DNA from: a virus
Taxonomy: Duplodnaviria; Heunggongvirae; Uroviricota; Caudoviricetes
Length of the DNA stretch: 40,324 bases
IMG/VR virus record: IMGVR_UViG_2872169409_000001
Strand: one strand, 5' to 3'
Positions within the stretch are counted from its first letter, which is position 1. Each line of letters starts with the position of its first letter. Under the pieces are notes generated by a model. The model saw only the letters and a program-made list of their open reading frames with translations, had not been told where the DNA came from and made no database searches. The position numbers and the translations under genes are program-made. Positions 20,014 through 32,572 of the stretch are shown here, in pieces.

Positions 20014-20256
20014 ATGGCAGAGATTATTCCCATGACTGAAGAACAGAAATTCCAGTTAGAGATTTACAAACTGGTCATGAACCAGAACGCAGCCGCGGAG
20101 GAAGCATTTCAATTCATTGGCACTGACGAACTGAAGCTTGAGCTATTCAAAATTCACTTCCAGTCAGGCGGCGCGAATTCAGATATCACGATCCGCACAT
20201 TCGAAGCGGTGCGTAAATCGAAGGAAGCGTTAGACCTGTTCACTACCGGAGCATAA
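20014..20256 (+). CDS. Hypothetical 80-aa protein upstream of terminase
   Basis: Track ORF; ATG start. Confidence 0.45.
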   Translation: MAEIIPMTEEQKFQLEIYKLVMNQNAAAEEAFQFIGTDELKLELFKIHFQSGGANSDITIRTFEAVRKSKEALDLFTTGA

Positions 20257-20335
20257 ACATGGCAACTCAAGGTTTCGACAACCCATCCAAATTCCGCGAT
20301 GAATGGGATAAGCAAGCAGAAGGGAAATAATCAAT

Positions 20336-20824
20336 ATGGCAGCACCAAAGGGCAACCGATTTTGGGAGGCCCGCAGTAGTCATGGGCGAAATCCTAAATT
20401 CGAATCGCCTGAGGCGCTGTGGGCTGCTTGTTGTGAATACTTCGAGTGGGTGGAAGCTAACCCGCTATGGGAGATGAAGGCGTTCTCGTATCAGGGTGAA
20501 GTGATACAAGAGCCTATCGCCAAGATGCGAGCGATGACCATTACCGGCCTCACTCTGTTCATTGATGTGACGCTTGAAACATGGCGCACATATCGCCTGC
20601 GAGAAGATTTATCTGAAGTCGTTACGCGAGCAGAGCAGGTCATCTACGATCAGAAATTCTCTGGCGCAGCCGCTGACCTTCTCAACGCTAACATCATCGC
20701 CCGTGATTTGGGCCTCAAAGAGCAGTCGCAAGTTGAAGACGTGACACCTGATAAGGGAGATCGCGATAAGCGACGCTCTCGTATCAAGGAGCTATTCAAC
20801 CGTGGAACTGGACGCGATTCTTGA
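20336..20824 (+). CDS. Terminase small subunit (P22 gp3 type)
   Basis: 162 aa, [38 protein letters not shown]... recognised as P22 gene 3 product. Confidence 0.9.
   Translation: MAAPKGNRFWEARSSHGRNPKFESPEALWAACCEYFEWVEANPLWEMKAFSYQGEVIQEPIAKMRAMTITGLTLFIDVTLETWRTYRLREDLSEVVTRAEQVIYDQKFSGAAADLLNANIIARDLGLKEQSQVEDVTPDKGDRDKRRSRIKELFNRGTGRDS
20603..20624 (+). other. Candidate pac site inside terS (GAAGATTTATCTGAAGTCGTTA)
   Basis: Matches the P22 pac sequence as I recall it, at the expected position within gene 3. Confidence 0.45.
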
Positions 20825-22301
20825 TAACCTGAGCGATGAAGAGCAAATCGAATTGCTCGAGCTACTCGAAGAAGAAGAGAACTACCGGAACACACACCTG
20901 CTATATGAATTTACGCCATACAGCAAACAGCGTGAGTTCATCGACGCCGGGCATGACTATCCAGAGCGATGTTTTATGGCTGGTAACCAGCTTGGTAAGT
21001 CATTTACTGGTGCTGCTGAAGTCGCGTTTCACCTTACCGGGCGTTATCCGGGAACAAAAGGCTATCCGGCAGATGGTAAATATGGCGGGGAGTGGAAAGG
21101 TAAGCGTTTCTATGAGCCTGTTGTCTTCTGGATTGGTGGCGAGACAAACGAGACTGTAACTAAAACGACTCAACGCATCCTGTGCGGTCGTATCGAAGAG
21201 AATGACGAGCCAGGCTACGGTTCCATACCGAAAGAGGACATCATTAGCTGGAAGAAGTCTCCTTTCTTTCCGAACCTTGTTGATCATCTTCTGGTTAAGC
21301 ATCACACGGCTGATGGCGTTGAAGATGGCATTTCAATCTGCTACTTCAAGCCATACTCGCAAGGCCGCGCTCGCTGGCAGGGTGACACAATCCACGGCGT
21401 GTGGTTTGACGAAGAGCCACCATACAGCATTTATGGCGAAGGTCTTACCCGTACCAACAAATACGGGCAATTCTCAATTCTGACGTTTACCCCGCTGATG
21501 GGGATGTCTGACGTTGTTACCAAGTTCCTGAAGAATCCAAGCAAGTCGCAGAAAGTGGTCAACATGACCATCTACGACGCTGAGCACTACACAGACGAAC
21601 AGAAAGAGCAAATCATCGCATCTTATCCTGAGCATGAGAGAGAGGCGCGTGCTCGCGGTATTCCTACGATGGGTAGTGGTCGAATCTTCCAGATACCGGA
21701 AGAGACGATTAAGTGTCAGCCGTTTGAGTGTCCTGATCACTTCTACGTAATTGGCGGTATGGATTTCGGATGGGATCACCCGCAGGCGCAGGTTCAGCTT
21801 TGGTGGGATAAGGACGCAGACATAATCTACCTTTCACGCGTGTGGAAGGCGAAAGAAAAGACAGCCGTTCAGGCGTGGGGAGCTGTTAAACCATGGGCGC
21901 ATAAAGTGCCAACCGCATGGCCTCATGACGGAAACCAGCATGAGAAGGGCGGCGGTGAGCAGCTCAAAGGGCAGTATGCAGATGCTGGTTTTATGATGTT
22001 GCAGGAGCATGCGACATGGCCTGATGGCGGTAATGCTGTTGAGCCTGGAATCACTGAATTGCGCGACATGATGCTTGATGGTCGCTTCAAAGTATTCAAC
22101 ACCTGTGAGCCATTCTTTGAGGAGTTCCGCCTCTATCACCGTGATGAAAACGGGAAGATCGTCAAGCTTAACGACGACGTTCTCTCAGCCGTTCGCTATG
22201 CATACATGATGCGCCGCTTCGCAAAAATGATGCGCGACATCAAAAAACCAAAAGAGAAAAAGATACCAGCCCCAATCAGGCCCATCGCACGGAGAACTTA
22301 A
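20802..22301 (+). CDS. Terminase large subunit (P22 gp2 type; GTG start overlapping terS)
   Basis: 499 aa; size and sequence recognised as P22 gp2. Confidence 0.9.
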   Translation: MELDAILDNLSDEEQIELLELLEEEENYRNTHLLYEFTPYSKQREFIDAGHDYPERCFMAGNQLGKSFTGAAEVAFHLTGRYPGTKGYPADGKYGGEWKGKRFYEPVVFWIGGETNETVTKTTQRILCGRIEENDEPGYGSIPKEDIISWKKSPFFPNLVDHLLVKHHTADGVEDGISICYFKPYSQGRARWQGDTIHGVWFDEEPPYSIYGEGLTRTNKYGQFSILTFTPLMGMSDVVTKFLKNPSKSQKVVNMTIYDAEHYTDEQKEQIIASYPEHEREARARGIPTMGSGRIFQIPEETIKCQPFECPDHFYVIGGMDFGWDHPQAQVQLWWDKDADIIYLSRVWKAKEKTAVQAWGAVKPWAHKVPTAWPHDGNQHEKGGGEQLKGQYADAGFMMLQEHATWPDGGNAVEPGITELRDMMLDGRFKVFNTCEPFFEEFRLYHRDENGKIVKLNDDVLSAVRYAYMMRRFAKMMRDIKKPKEKKIPAPIRPIARRT

Positions 22302-24467
22302 ATGGCCGACGAAAACAGACTCAATTCCATTCTGTGTAAGTTTGACGCAGACTGGATGGCGAGCGATGAAGCCAGAACCGAGGCGACAAATGACCTGTAT
22401 TTTAGCCGAGTGTCGCAATGGGATGACTGGCTATCAAACTACACTACCCTGCAATATCGCGGACAATTCGATGTTGTTCGCCCGGTGGTCAGGAAACTGG
22501 TCGCAGAGATGCGCCGGAACCCTATCGACGTTCTCTTCCGACCCAAAGACGGTGCTAATCCTGATGCAGCCGATGTGTTGATGGGGATGTATCGTACTGA
22601 TATGCGCCATAATACGGCAAAAATTGCCGTTAACGTTGGCGTTCGTGAGCAGATAGAGTCCGGCGTTGGTGCATGGCGTCTGGTCACGCAGTACGAAGAC
22701 AACGATCCAACAAGCAACAATCAGGTAATCCGACGCCTGCCAATTCATGAAGCCTGCTCACACGTCATATGGGACGCCAACAGCAAGCAGATGGATAAGA
22801 GCGACGCTAAGCACTGCACGGTGATTAACGCCTTGTCGCGCAATGGCTGGAAAGAGTTCGCAGAGGATTACGGTATTGATCCGGACACCTTGCCATCTTT
22901 CCAGAATCCGAACGATACATGGCTGTTTCCGTGGGTATCGAATGATGTCGTCTACGTCGCTGAGTATTACGAGGTCGAAGAGAAGAAAGAGAAAGTCTTC
23001 ATCTACCGCGACCCGCTGACAGGTGAGCCAGTCAGCTATTACCAGCAGGATATCAAAGACGTCATCGACGACCTGGCTAATCGTGGATTCATTAAGGCAG
23101 CAGAGCGTAAGGTGAAGCGTCGGCGTGTGTATAAGTCGATCATCACCTGCACGCAGATACTGAAAGACCGCGAGAAGATAGCCGGAGAGCATATTCCAAT
23201 CGTTCCAGTGTATGGCGAATGGTCATTCGCTGGTGACAAGGAGTGCTACGAAGGAGTGGTAAGGCTGACGAAAGACGGTCAACGCCTTCGTAACATGATC
23301 ATGTCGTTCAACGCCGATATTGTTGCTCGTTCACCGAAGAAGAAACCGACCTTCTTCCCTGAGCAAATCGAAGGCTACGAATACATGTACGGTGGAAATG
23401 ATGACTATCCGTACTATCTGCAGAACAGGACCGATGAAAACGGTAACGACCTGCCGATTGGTCCAATCTCCTACATGGAAAACCCTGAAGTGCCGCAAGC
23501 CAACGCTTACATGCTTGAGGCTGCCACCAACGCAGTGAAAGAGGTGGCTAGTCTTGGTGTGGATGCGCAGGCAGCAAACTCTCAGGTCGCTTTCGATACC
23601 GTCAATCAACTGAACATGCGGGCAGACCTTGAGACATACGTGTTTCAGGATAACCTGGCTACCGCAATGCGACGTGATGGCGAGATTTATGCCTCAATGG
23701 TCAACGATATTTATGACGTTCCTCGTCATGTAACGCTGACACTCGAAGATGGAAGCGAGAAAGACGTTCAACTCTATGCGCAAGTTGTTGATTACCAGTC
23801 CGGCAATGTGGTCACACTCAACGACATTCGCGGTCGCTATGAGTGCTATACAGACGTTGGGCCATCCTTCCAGAGCATGAAGGAACAGAATCGCGCAGAG
23901 ATTCAGGAGTTGCTAACCAAGGTTCCGCAAGGTACTCCAGAGTGCCAGATGCTGATGCTGCAATACTTCACGTTGCTTGACGGTAAAGGCGTCGAGATGA
24001 TGCGAGAGTACGCGAACAAGCAACTGGTGATGATGGGGCTGAAGAAACCAGAAACACCTGAAGAGATGGAGATGGTGCAGCAGGCACAACAACAGCCGCA
24101 GCAGCCATCAGCAGAGCAAATTCAGGCGCAGGGTATCCTTCTGCAAGGTCAGGCTGAATTGCTCAAGGCAGAGAACCAACAGGCGCAGATTCAGGTTGAA
24201 GCCGCCAAGGTTGAAGCCCAAAACCAACTCAACGCCGCGAAGATTGCAGAAATCTTCAACAATATGGACCTCGACAAGCAGGCAGAACTGCGTGAGTACC
24301 TCAAGCTCGTAGGTCAATTCCAGCAACAGCGCAGCAAAGATGCTCGTGCTAACGCTGAGCTGCTTCTTAAAGATGCAGACCAGACTCATTCACAACGCAT
24401 GGATTTCGCGAATCTTATGCGTCAAGTTCAAATCCCCTCCGGCGGAGTAGCCGAGACACCTCAATAA
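22302..24467 (+). CDS. Portal protein (P22 gp1 type)
   Basis: 721 aa, Q-rich C-terminal barrel region; position after terL. Confidence 0.95.
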   Translation: MADENRLNSILCKFDADWMASDEARTEATNDLYFSRVSQWDDWLSNYTTLQYRGQFDVVRPVVRKLVAEMRRNPIDVLFRPKDGANPDAADVLMGMYRTDMRHNTAKIAVNVGVREQIESGVGAWRLVTQYEDNDPTSNNQVIRRLPIHEACSHVIWDANSKQMDKSDAKHCTVINALSRNGWKEFAEDYGIDPDTLPSFQNPNDTWLFPWVSNDVVYVAEYYEVEEKKEKVFIYRDPLTGEPVSYYQQDIKDVIDDLANRGFIKAAERKVKRRRVYKSIITCTQILKDREKIAGEHIPIVPVYGEWSFAGDKECYEGVVRLTKDGQRLRNMIMSFNADIVARSPKKKPTFFPEQIEGYEYMYGGNDDYPYYLQNRTDENGNDLPIGPISYMENPEVPQANAYMLEAATNAVKEVASLGVDAQAANSQVAFDTVNQLNMRADLETYVFQDNLATAMRRDGEIYASMVNDIYDVPRHVTLTLEDGSEKDVQLYAQVVDYQSGNVVTLNDIRGRYECYTDVGPSFQSMKEQNRAEIQELLTKVPQGTPECQMLMLQYFTLLDGKGVEMMREYANKQLVMMGLKKPETPEEMEMVQQAQQQPQQPSAEQIQAQGILLQGQAELLKAENQQAQIQVEAAKVEAQNQLNAAKIAEIFNNMDLDKQAELREYLKLVGQFQQQRSKDARANAELLLKDADQTHSQRMDFANLMRQVQIPSGGVAETPQ

Positions 24468-24480
24468 GAGAGAGTTAATC

Positions 24481-25392
24481 ATGGACCAAACCACCGACAT
24501 TCAGGCTTCTGAAGAATTAACCCTGCCCGGCAATCATGCAGCGGCATCTGCTGATGGCTTAGTTGTCGATAATGCCAACGACAACGCAGGTCAGGAAGAA
24601 GGCTTCGAGATTGTCCTGAAAGACGATGAGAAACCAAAACAAGACCCGGCAACTAATGCTGAATTTGCCCGTCGCCGCATCGAACGCAAACGCCAGCGTG
24701 AGCTTGAGCAGCAGATGGAAGCGGTTAAGCGTGGAGAGTTGCCGGAGCACCTGCGGGTGAACCCTGAGTTACCAAAACAACCAGACCCTAACGATTATCT
24801 TTCCGAAGATGCACTGGCTAAGTACGACTATGACCAGAGCCGCGCACTGGCTGCCTTCCAGCAGGCAAACAGTGAATGGCAGATCAAGGCTATGGACGCA
24901 CGAAGCCAGGCTGTCGCCGAGCAGGGTCGCAAAACTCAGGAGTTCACCCAGCAATCAGCGCAATACGTCGAGGCAGCCCGTAAGCACTACGACGCAGCGG
25001 AAAAGCTCAATATCCCTGACTATCAGGAGAAAGAGGATGCATTCATGCAACTGGTGCCGCCAGCAGTCGGTGCCGACATCATGCGCCTCTTCCCGGAGAA
25101 ATCCGCTGCTCTCATGTATCACCTTGGTGCTAATCCTGAGAAAACACGCCAGTTGCTGGCGATGGACGGGCAATCCGCGCTGATTGAACTCACTCGACTG
25201 TCAGAACGTTTAACTCTCAAGCCTCGAGCCAAACCTGTTTCAGAAGCCCCGTTACCTGATGAACCCATTCAGGGACACGCTGTTGCTGCAAATATCTCTG
25301 CGATTGAAAAGCAGATGGAAGCGGCAGCAAACAAAGGGGATGTAGAGACATACCGCAAGCTCAAGGCGCAACTGAATAAAGGAATTCGATAA
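24481..25392 (+). CDS. Scaffolding protein (P22 gp8 type)
   Basis: 303 aa, highly charged helical protein between portal and coat genes. Confidence 0.9.
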   Translation: MDQTTDIQASEELTLPGNHAAASADGLVVDNANDNAGQEEGFEIVLKDDEKPKQDPATNAEFARRRIERKRQRELEQQMEAVKRGELPEHLRVNPELPKQPDPNDYLSEDALAKYDYDQSRALAAFQQANSEWQIKAMDARSQAVAEQGRKTQEFTQQSAQYVEAARKHYDAAEKLNIPDYQEKEDAFMQLVPPAVGADIMRLFPEKSAALMYHLGANPEKTRQLLAMDGQSALIELTRLSERLTLKPRAKPVSEAPLPDEPIQGHAVAANISAIEKQMEAAANKGDVETYRKLKAQLNKGIR

Positions 25393-26687
25393 TGGCATTA
25401 AATGAAGGTCAACTGGTCACGTATGCTCTGGATGAAATCATCGAAACCGTCCAGAACCTGACGCCAATGGCGTCCAAAGTGACAAAATACACCCCTCCGG
25501 CAGAATCCATGCAACGTTCAAGCAACACCGTGTGGATGCCTGTTGAGCAGGAAGCGCCAACTCAGACTGGCTGGGATTTAACTGGCAACGCAACCGGGAT
25601 TCTGGAACTCTCCGTGAAATGCAACATGGGCGATCCGGATAACGATTTCTTCGAGCTTCGTGCAGATGACCTGCGTGATGAGCGTTCTTACCGTCGCCGC
25701 ATCCAGGCATCAGCCAAAAAACTGGCGAATAACATTGAGTCAGCAATTGCCAAACAGGCAACTGAAATGGGATCACTTGTTGTTCACGATACCCGCGCAA
25801 TTGGTCCATCTACTGGCCTGTCTGGCTGGGATTTTGTGTCTGATGCAGAGCGCCTGATGTTCTCCCGTGAGCTAAACCGCGATATGGGCATCAGTTACTT
25901 CCTGAACCCTGACGATTACCGCAAAGCAGGCCGCAACCTGGTAGATGGTGACATCTTTGGGCGCGTTCCTGAAGAAGCGTATCGTAACGGTACTATTCAG
26001 CGCCAGATTGCTGGCTTTGATGAAATTCTTCGCTCACCGAAACTTCCGGCAGTTACCAAGTCAACCGCTACTGGTGTAACTGTTTCTGGTGCGCAGAAGT
26101 TTAAGCCGCAGGCATACACCCTTGATACCGATGGTAACAAAGAGAACGTCGACAACCGTGTTGCAACGGTGACCGTATCCTCCACCACCGGATTTAAGCG
26201 CGGAGACAAAATCAGCTTCACTGGTGTGAAATTCCTGTCTCAGATGGCGAAGAACGTGCTGACTGATGATGCTACTTTCTCAATCACCCGTGTGATCGAT
26301 GGTACTCACATCGAAATCACGCCGAAGCCGATTGCGCTTGATGACTCTTCACTGACAAAAGAAGAGAAGGCTTACGCTAACGTAAACACCTCTCTTGCTG
26401 ATTCCACTCCGGTAAACGTTCTGAACGTGGCAACAACCACCGCCAACGTGTTCTGGGCTGATGACTCAATCCGCCTGCTGTCTCAGCCGATTCCGGTAAC
26501 CCATGAACTGTTTGCTGGCATGAAAACGTCTTCCTTCAGCATTCCTAGTATTGGTGTTAACGGCATCTTCGCAACGCAGGGTGATATCAATACTCTGTCT
26601 GGTAAGTGCCGTATTGCTGTGTGGTATTCAGCATGTGCTGTACGGCCAGAGGCAATTGGTGTTGGTCTGCCTAACCAGACCGCGTGA
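25392..26687 (+). CDS. Major coat protein (P22 gp5 type)
   Basis: 431-codon ORF after scaffold; recognised as P22 coat. Confidence 0.95.
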   Translation: MALNEGQLVTYALDEIIETVQNLTPMASKVTKYTPPAESMQRSSNTVWMPVEQEAPTQTGWDLTGNATGILELSVKCNMGDPDNDFFELRADDLRDERSYRRRIQASAKKLANNIESAIAKQATEMGSLVVHDTRAIGPSTGLSGWDFVSDAERLMFSRELNRDMGISYFLNPDDYRKAGRNLVDGDIFGRVPEEAYRNGTIQRQIAGFDEILRSPKLPAVTKSTATGVTVSGAQKFKPQAYTLDTDGNKENVDNRVATVTVSSTTGFKRGDKISFTGVKFLSQMAKNVLTDDATFSITRVIDGTHIEITPKPIALDDSSLTKEEKAYANVNTSLADSTPVNVLNVATTTANVFWADDSIRLLSQPIPVTHELFAGMKTSSFSIPSIGVNGIFATQGDINTLSGKCRIAVWYSACAVRPEAIGVGLPNQTA

Positions 26688-26693
26688 TAACCA

Positions 26694-26720
26694 GAGGGAG
26701 CTTCGGCTCCCTTTTCTATT
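26694..26720 (+). terminator. Hairpin with UUCG tetraloop plus U-run immediately after the coat gene
   Basis: GGGAGC-TTCG-GCTCCC then TTTTCTATT. Confidence 0.6.
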
Positions 26721-26730
26721 GGAGATACCA

Positions 26731-27336
26731 ATGAGCGTAATGATTTTTCAGGCTGGCGGAGATACCAAAATCTGGGGGCGCAAGCTGAAAACGAAAACCG
26801 TTGATCCTGATGATGTAGCTGTGCACTTAGCAAATGGCTGGTATAAGCACCCTGACGATGTTCCTGATGATCCTCTTGTTGGTGATCAAATTGGGAATGT
26901 TGGCGGAGGTGAAACTTCCCCAGTTGATATGGGCGAAGTGTCCGACGGTTATCACACTTTTAACGAGCTTTACGCTCACCGAGTGCGACTCTTCTCATCG
27001 CTGATGCATGCTTACGCTGAGTTTTCGTGGTGGTCTCGCAAACACAGTGACGGTGAAGAGTGGGATGGCTGGATCATTGCTGGTATCACCACTCCAGAAG
27101 GCGAAATCACTTATCACCTACCTGTTGAAGAAATCGAGTTCCTTCCTGAAGGTACTGAGCTTGAGTTCGGGAAAGAGTGGGATGGTCATGAAGCAAATGA
27201 TGTTCTTGGACGACTCCTGAGTTTGCGTCCGGCTATTGCAGAGCCAGAGCCAGAGCCAGAGCCAGAAGAAAAACAGCGTAAAAAGCCTGGTCGAAAACCT
27301 AAGGCGGCAGCAGATGAACCTGACAACGAAGGGTGA
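26731..27336 (+). CDS. Moron-like ORF (201 aa) between coat and gp4: acidic globular part, (PE)4 linker, basic AT-hook-like tail
   Basis: ATG at index 60 of track ORF 26551..27336 with GGAG RBS; overlaps gp4 start by 23 nt. Confidence 0.6.
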   Translation: MSVMIFQAGGDTKIWGRKLKTKTVDPDDVAVHLANGWYKHPDDVPDDPLVGDQIGNVGGGETSPVDMGEVSDGYHTFNELYAHRVRLFSSLMHAYAEFSWWSRKHSDGEEWDGWIIAGITTPEGEITYHLPVEEIEFLPEGTELEFGKEWDGHEANDVLGRLLSLRPAIAEPEPEPEPEEKQRKKPGRKPKAAADEPDNEG

Positions 27337-27814
27337 TTTAGTTCTTGCGGCATTACGTAAGCTCGGTGTGGCATCAAATGCCACGTTAACCGATGTCGAA
27401 CCTCAGTCCATGGAAGATGGTGTCAACGACCTTGAAATGATGATGGCTGAATGGCTTGGCGGTGATGCGTCACCAGGTATCAACGTTGGCTACATTTTCG
27501 CTGATGCAGATGTCGCTCCGGATCCGGGCGATGAGCACGGTTTATCAAATAACGCTATCAATGCCGTCATTTTTAACCTTGCCTGCCGCATTGCTCCAGA
27601 TTATGCGCTGGAAGCGTCTGCAAAACTTATAACCACTGCCAGATACGGGAAAGAGCGACTCGTCAAACTGTCTGCAATGGATAGGGCAAAAGCCGCTAAA
27701 TGTAAGTCCGGTTATCCAAACCGTATGCCTGTTGGTAGCGGTAACCAGTTGGCGAAGTGGAACGGTTGGAATTACTTCCACCGGAAGGAACCTTGCGATA
27801 ACGGGGGCGAATAA
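27314..27814 (+). CDS. Tail accessory/head-completion protein (P22 gp4 type)
   Basis: [36 protein letters not shown] parallels P22 gp4 N-terminus as recalled. Confidence 0.85.
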   Translation: MNLTTKGDLVLAALRKLGVASNATLTDVEPQSMEDGVNDLEMMMAEWLGGDASPGINVGYIFADADVAPDPGDEHGLSNNAINAVIFNLACRIAPDYALEASAKLITTARYGKERLVKLSAMDRAKAAKCKSGYPNRMPVGSGNQLAKWNGWNYFHRKEPCDNGGE

Positions 27815-29233
27815 ATGCCGATTCAGCAACTTCCGCTTATGAAAGGTGTCGGCAAAGACTTCCGAAACGCCGACTATATCGACTATCTGCCAGTGAATAT
27901 GCTGGCTACCCCCAAAGAAATACTCAACAGCAGCGGATATCTTCGCTCATTCCCGGGCATTGCCAAACGTTCTGATGTGAATGGTGTATCGCGCGGTGTC
28001 GAGTACAACATGGCGCAGAATGCTGTTTATCGCGTTTGCGGTGGCAAGTTGTATAAGGGAGAAAGCGAGGTCGGTGATGTTGCCGGGAGTGGTCGCGTAT
28101 CAATGGCGCATGGTCGAACATCTCAGGCGGTAGGCGTTAATGGTCAACTGGTCGAGTATCGCTATGATGGCACGGTTAAAACAGTCTCAAACTGGCCTAC
28201 AGACAGCGGATTCACACAGTATGAGTTAGGCTCAGTCCGCGATATTACGCGCTTGCGTGGGCGTTATGCGTGGTCAAAAGACGGTACTGATTCATGGTTT
28301 ATCACTGACCTTGAAGACGAATCACATCCTGACCGTTACAGCGCACAATATCGTGCCGAGTCTCAGCCTGACGGCATCATCGGCATAGGAACATGGCGAG
28401 ACTTCATCGTCTGCTTTGGTTCATCGACGATTGAATATTTCTCCCTGACTGGGGCAACCACCGTTGGTGCCGCTTTGTATGTCGCACAGCCATCGCTGAT
28501 GGTGCAGAAAGGTATTGCCGGGACTTACTGCAAAACACCATTCGCTGATTCTTATGCGTTCATCAGCAATCCGGCAACAGGTGCGCCGTCTGTGTATATC
28601 ATCGGCTCCGGTCAGGTATCACCAATCGCCAGCGCGAGCATTGAGAAAATCCTTCGTTCCTACACTGCTGATGAACTGGCTGATGGTGTGATGGAATCGC
28701 TGCGATTTGATGCTCATGAGTTGCTGATTATCCATCTTCCGCGCCATGTCCTCGTATACGACGCATCTTCAAGCGCCAATGGTCCACAATGGTGTGTACT
28801 GAAAACAGGCCTGTATGACGATGTGTACCGCGCTATCGACTTCATTTACGAAGACAATCAGATAACGTGCGGCGATAAGCTGGAATCGGTTACCGGCAAA
28901 TTGCAGTTCGATATCAGCAGCCAGTACGACAAGCAACAGGAACACCTGCTGTTTACTCCGTTGTTCAAAGCGGATAACGCCAGAGTTTTCGACCTTGAAG
29001 TTGAATCGTCAACTGGAGTTGCGCAGTATGCTGACCGCCTTTTTCTCTCTGCAACCACTGACGGCATAAATTACGGGCGTGAGCAGATGATTGAGCAGAA
29101 TGAACCGTTCGTTTACGACAAACGCGTTTTGTGGAAGCGTGTCGGGCGAATCAGGAAAAATGTCGGCTTCAAATTGCGCGTTATCACGAAGTCACCTGTC
29201 ACTCTGTCTGGCTGCCAGATAAGGATCGAGTAA
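27815..29233 (+). CDS. Tail accessory protein (P22 gp10 type)
   Basis: 472 aa; gene order after gp4. Confidence 0.85.
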   Translation: MPIQQLPLMKGVGKDFRNADYIDYLPVNMLATPKEILNSSGYLRSFPGIAKRSDVNGVSRGVEYNMAQNAVYRVCGGKLYKGESEVGDVAGSGRVSMAHGRTSQAVGVNGQLVEYRYDGTVKTVSNWPTDSGFTQYELGSVRDITRLRGRYAWSKDGTDSWFITDLEDESHPDRYSAQYRAESQPDGIIGIGTWRDFIVCFGSSTIEYFSLTGATTVGAALYVAQPSLMVQKGIAGTYCKTPFADSYAFISNPATGAPSVYIIGSGQVSPIASASIEKILRSYTADELADGVMESLRFDAHELLIIHLPRHVLVYDASSSANGPQWCVLKTGLYDDVYRAIDFIYEDNQITCGDKLESVTGKLQFDISSQYDKQQEHLLFTPLFKADNARVFDLEVESSTGVAQYADRLFLSATTDGINYGREQMIEQNEPFVYDKRVLWKRVGRIRKNVGFKLRVITKSPVTLSGCQIRIE

Positions 29234-30081
29234 TGGCGGATTCGAATCTCAATACACCTGTTATTGTTCAGGCGACGCGGCTCGATACATCAATCCTTCC
29301 ACGCAATATTTTCTCGCAGTCATATCTGCTTTACGTTATTGCACAGGGGGCTGATGTTGGTAATGTGGCGAACAAGGCCAACGAAGCAGGGCAGGGTGCT
29401 TATGATGCACAAGTCAGGAACGATGAGCAGGATGTGATTCTGGTCGATCACGAAATTCGACTGGCATCGGCTGAAGCGAAGATACAGGACCACGAAACAA
29501 GGATCACTAACGCAGAAGCGGCGATAGTCGGCCTTGATTCTCGATTAACGACAGCAGAAAACGATATTGATTATCTGACGGATGAAGTTGTCTCCATTCA
29601 AAACACGCTTTCAGACCATGAAACGCGCATCGATGCTCTGGAGTATGCCACTACTCGCAAGAAGTCAGAGGTTGTTTACTCTGGCGTATCTGTAACCATC
29701 CCGACAGCGCCGACCAACCTTGTTAGCCTGCTGAAAACGCTCACGCCGTCATCCGGCACGTTGGCACCATTCTTCGACACCGTTAACAACAAGATGGTTG
29801 TGTTCAACGAGGACAAAACCTTGTTCTTCAAGCTGTCGATTGTCGGGACGTGGCCCAGCGGAACCGCCAACAGGTCAATGCAGCTAACCTTTTCCGGCTC
29901 TGTTCCTGACACACTGGTAAGCAGTCGCAACTCGGCGACAACGACCGATAACATCCTGTTAGCTACGTTCTTCAGCGTGGATAAAGACGGCTTTCTTGCC
30001 ACAAATGGCAGTACGTTAACCATTCAGTCGAATGGTGCGGCGTTTACTGCCACAACCATCAAGATAATCGCGGAGCAGTGA
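29233..30081 (+). CDS. Tail needle (P22 gp26 family) with extended C-terminal knob domain (282 aa)
   Basis: N-terminal trimeric coiled-coil heptads, about 50 aa longer than P22 gp26; ATG overlaps gp10 stop (TAATG). Confidence 0.85.
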   Translation: MADSNLNTPVIVQATRLDTSILPRNIFSQSYLLYVIAQGADVGNVANKANEAGQGAYDAQVRNDEQDVILVDHEIRLASAEAKIQDHETRITNAEAAIVGLDSRLTTAENDIDYLTDEVVSIQNTLSDHETRIDALEYATTRKKSEVVYSGVSVTIPTAPTNLVSLLKTLTPSSGTLAPFFDTVNNKMVVFNEDKTLFFKLSIVGTWPSGTANRSMQLTFSGSVPDTLVSSRNSATTTDNILLATFFSVDKDGFLATNGSTLTIQSNGAAFTATTIKIIAEQ

Positions 30082-30536
30082 TGATTCAGTTCAAACCAAC
30101 GCGAAACATCGACCTGATCGAAGCAGTCGGAAATCACCCTGACATTATCGCCGGGAGCAACAACGGTGATGGATACGACTACAAGCCTGAATGCCGTTAC
30201 TTTGAGGTGAACGTGCACGGTCAGTTTGGCGGCATTGTTTACTATCAGGAGATTCAGCCGCTGACATTAGATTGCCACGCCATGTACCTGCCAGAGATTC
30301 GCGGCTTCAGCAAGGAAATTGGGCTGGCGTTCTGGCGATACATTCTGACTAACACCACCGTTCAGTGCGTAACATCGTTCGCTGCACGCAAATTCCGACA
30401 CGGTCAGATGTACTGCGCAATGATTGGCCTTAAGCGTGTAGGAACCATCAAGAAATACTTCAAAGGCGTGGATGACGTGACTTTTTACAGCGCCACACGC
30501 GAAGAACTAATCGACTTCCTGAATCACGGGAGATAG
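30081..30536 (+). CDS. Head assembly/DNA stabilisation protein (P22 gp14 position)
   Basis: Gene order; ATG overlapping needle stop. Confidence 0.65.
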   Translation: MIQFKPTRNIDLIEAVGNHPDIIAGSNNGDGYDYKPECRYFEVNVHGQFGGIVYYQEIQPLTLDCHAMYLPEIRGFSKEIGLAFWRYILTNTTVQCVTSFAARKFRHGQMYCAMIGLKRVGTIKKYFKGVDDVTFYSATREELIDFLNHGR

Positions 30537-30538
30537 CC

Positions 30539-31231
30539 ATGTTATATGCATTTAAGCTGGGCAGAAAACTGCGCGGCGAGGAACCTTGGTGCCATGAAAA
30601 AGGCGGGAAAGGTGGTAGCTCTGATAAAAGCGCAAAGTATGCAGCAGAAGCCCAGAAGTATGCCGCAGACCTGCAAAATCAGCAGTGGCAGACGATCATG
30701 AAAAACCTTGCTCCGTTCACGCCTCTTGCGGAGCAGTATGTTAACCAGCTTCAGAACCTTTCCAGTTTAGAAGGTCAGGGGCAGGCACTTAATCAGTATT
30801 ACAACTCTCAGCAGTATAAAGACCTTGCAGGGCAGGCGCGTTACCAGAGTCTTGCTGCTGCGGAGGCGACGGGTGGACTTGGTTCGACAGCCACAAGCAA
30901 TCAACTGGCTACGATCGCGCCGACACTCGGTCAGTCTTGGTTATCAAATCAGATGAGCAATTACAACAATCTGGCAAACGTTGGGCTTGGTGCGCTGCAA
31001 GGTCAGGCAAACGCCGGGCAGACGTACGCCAACAACATGAGCAGCATTGCACAGCAAAGCGCAGCTCTTGCCGCTGCTAATGCCAATAAACCATCAAGTC
31101 TTCAGACTGCAATTAGCGGTGGCACGTCTGGTGCGATTGCCGGTGCAGGTCTTGCCAGCCTTTTGGGAACATCAACGCCTTGGGGCGCTGGCATTGGTGC
31201 TGGTATCGGATTGCTTGGCTCGTTGTTTTAA
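30539..31231 (+). CDS. Ejection (internal) protein, gp7 position
   Basis: 230 aa, Q/A/G-rich; gene order. Confidence 0.7.
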   Translation: MLYAFKLGRKLRGEEPWCHEKGGKGGSSDKSAKYAAEAQKYAADLQNQQWQTIMKNLAPFTPLAEQYVNQLQNLSSLEGQGQALNQYYNSQQYKDLAGQARYQSLAAAEATGGLGSTATSNQLATIAPTLGQSWLSNQMSNYNNLANVGLGALQGQANAGQTYANNMSSIAQQSAALAAANANKPSSLQTAISGGTSGAIAGAGLASLLGTSTPWGAGIGAGIGLLGSLF

Positions 31232-31240
31232 GGGGTAATC

Positions 31241-32572
31241 ATGGCTACTTGGCAAGGAACAAACGGCGGATTGTTGGCTGGTATCGGCGGCGTCAACTCA
31301 AACGCTCCGAGCGTAAATGACATCGGCAATACGCTTCAGCTTATCAGGCAGAACAATGATATTGAGCGTTCAGGCGCTAACAATGTTGGGCTGACTGCTT
31401 TGCAAGGCCTTTCAGGTATTGCGGGGGTGTTTCAGCAGGAAAAGCAGGCTCAGCGGCAGAAAGAATTTCAGCAGGCATACGCTAATGCTTATGCGTCTGG
31501 TGATCGCGGTGCTTTGCGTCAGTTGGCTACTCAATATCCAGAACAGATTGAATCCGTTCGTAAAGGCATGGGATTCATTGATGAAGATCAGCGTAATTCT
31601 ATCGGCACCTTAGCGGCTGGCGCACGCCTTGCGTCATCGTCTCCAGAAGCAATGCAATCATGGCTGCAAAACAACGCCGGTGAGTTAGCTCGTGTTGGCG
31701 TTAATCCTCAGGACGTCGCTCAGATGTACCAACAGAACCCGCGGCAGTTCGGCGAATTTGTCGATCACCTGGGGATGAACAGTCTCGGACCCGAAAAATA
31801 CTTTGACCTACAGGATAAAATGCAGGGTCGCCAGGTTACCATGCGCGGTCAGGATCTGGATTCGCAAACCGCCGCTCGGAATCAGGCAATCACAATGCGC
31901 GGACAAGATATCCAGGCGAATTTAGGTCAGCAGCGCATTAATCTGGACGCAGAAACAAACCGCATTAACAACGAAAATAAGCGCCTTGACCGGATGCTAT
32001 CAGCAGAAACTAACGACCTGAAGCGCCAGGAAATACAGAGCCGCATAGCAGCCAACAACCAGCAGTTGCAGCAGAAGCAGCAAGCGCTAAATGATGGCTA
32101 CAAAGACGGCATCAACACCCTCACAACCAGCATTTTCACTCTGAACGATATCGTTAGTTCTACTTCACTTAAGAGCATTACAGGCTTACGTGGAGTAATC
32201 CCCAACGTTCCAGGCTCACAGGCTGCAGACACTCAGGCACGACTTGATACCTTTAAATCACAAGCATACCTGACAGCGGTTCAGGCCATGCGAGGCATGG
32301 GCGCACTTTCTGATGCCGAGGGCAAAAAGCTCGACCAGGCTGTTGGTTCGCTGCAGAACTCGCAGAGCGAGGAGTCCTTTCGTCGCAACGCTGGCGTCAT
32401 CCTGAACACGCTCAACCAGAAGCGTAATGAGGCGGTTGGTAAGTACGTTCAGCAAAACGGTATCAAGCGAGTGGAAGCGCCTCAGGCTTCTATAGATTAC
32501 CTGAAGCAGCACCCCGAGCTGTCAATCGACTTCATTAATCGCTACGGATATCTTCCATCTTTGGGGCAGTAA
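31241..32572 (+). CDS. Ejection (internal) protein, gp20 position
   Basis: 443 aa; gene order. Confidence 0.7.
   Translation: MATWQGTNGGLLAGIGGVNSNAPSVNDIGNTLQLIRQNNDIERSGANNVGLTALQGLSGIAGVFQQEKQAQRQKEFQQAYANAYASGDRGALRQLATQYPEQIESVRKGMGFIDEDQRNSIGTLAAGARLASSSPEAMQSWLQNNAGELARVGVNPQDVAQMYQQNPRQFGEFVDHLGMNSLGPEKYFDLQDKMQGRQVTMRGQDLDSQTAARNQAITMRGQDIQANLGQQRINLDAETNRINNENKRLDRMLSAETNDLKRQEIQSRIAANNQQLQQKQQALNDGYKDGINTLTTSIFTLNDIVSSTSLKSITGLRGVIPNVPGSQAADTQARLDTFKSQAYLTAVQAMRGMGALSDAEGKKLDQAVGSLQNSQSEESFRRNAGVILNTLNQKRNEAVGKYVQQNGIKRVEAPQASIDYLKQHPELSIDFINRYGYLPSLGQ

Noticed and set aside
22434..23609. Minus-strand ORFs 92-144 aa within the portal gene
   Set aside because: Antisense to the portal coding sequence; no independent support.
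26551..26730. Long N-terminal extension of the coat-gp4 moron ORF (track start 26551)
   Set aside because: Extension overlaps the coat gene and the terminator hairpin; the ATG at 26731 has an RBS and is the plausible start.
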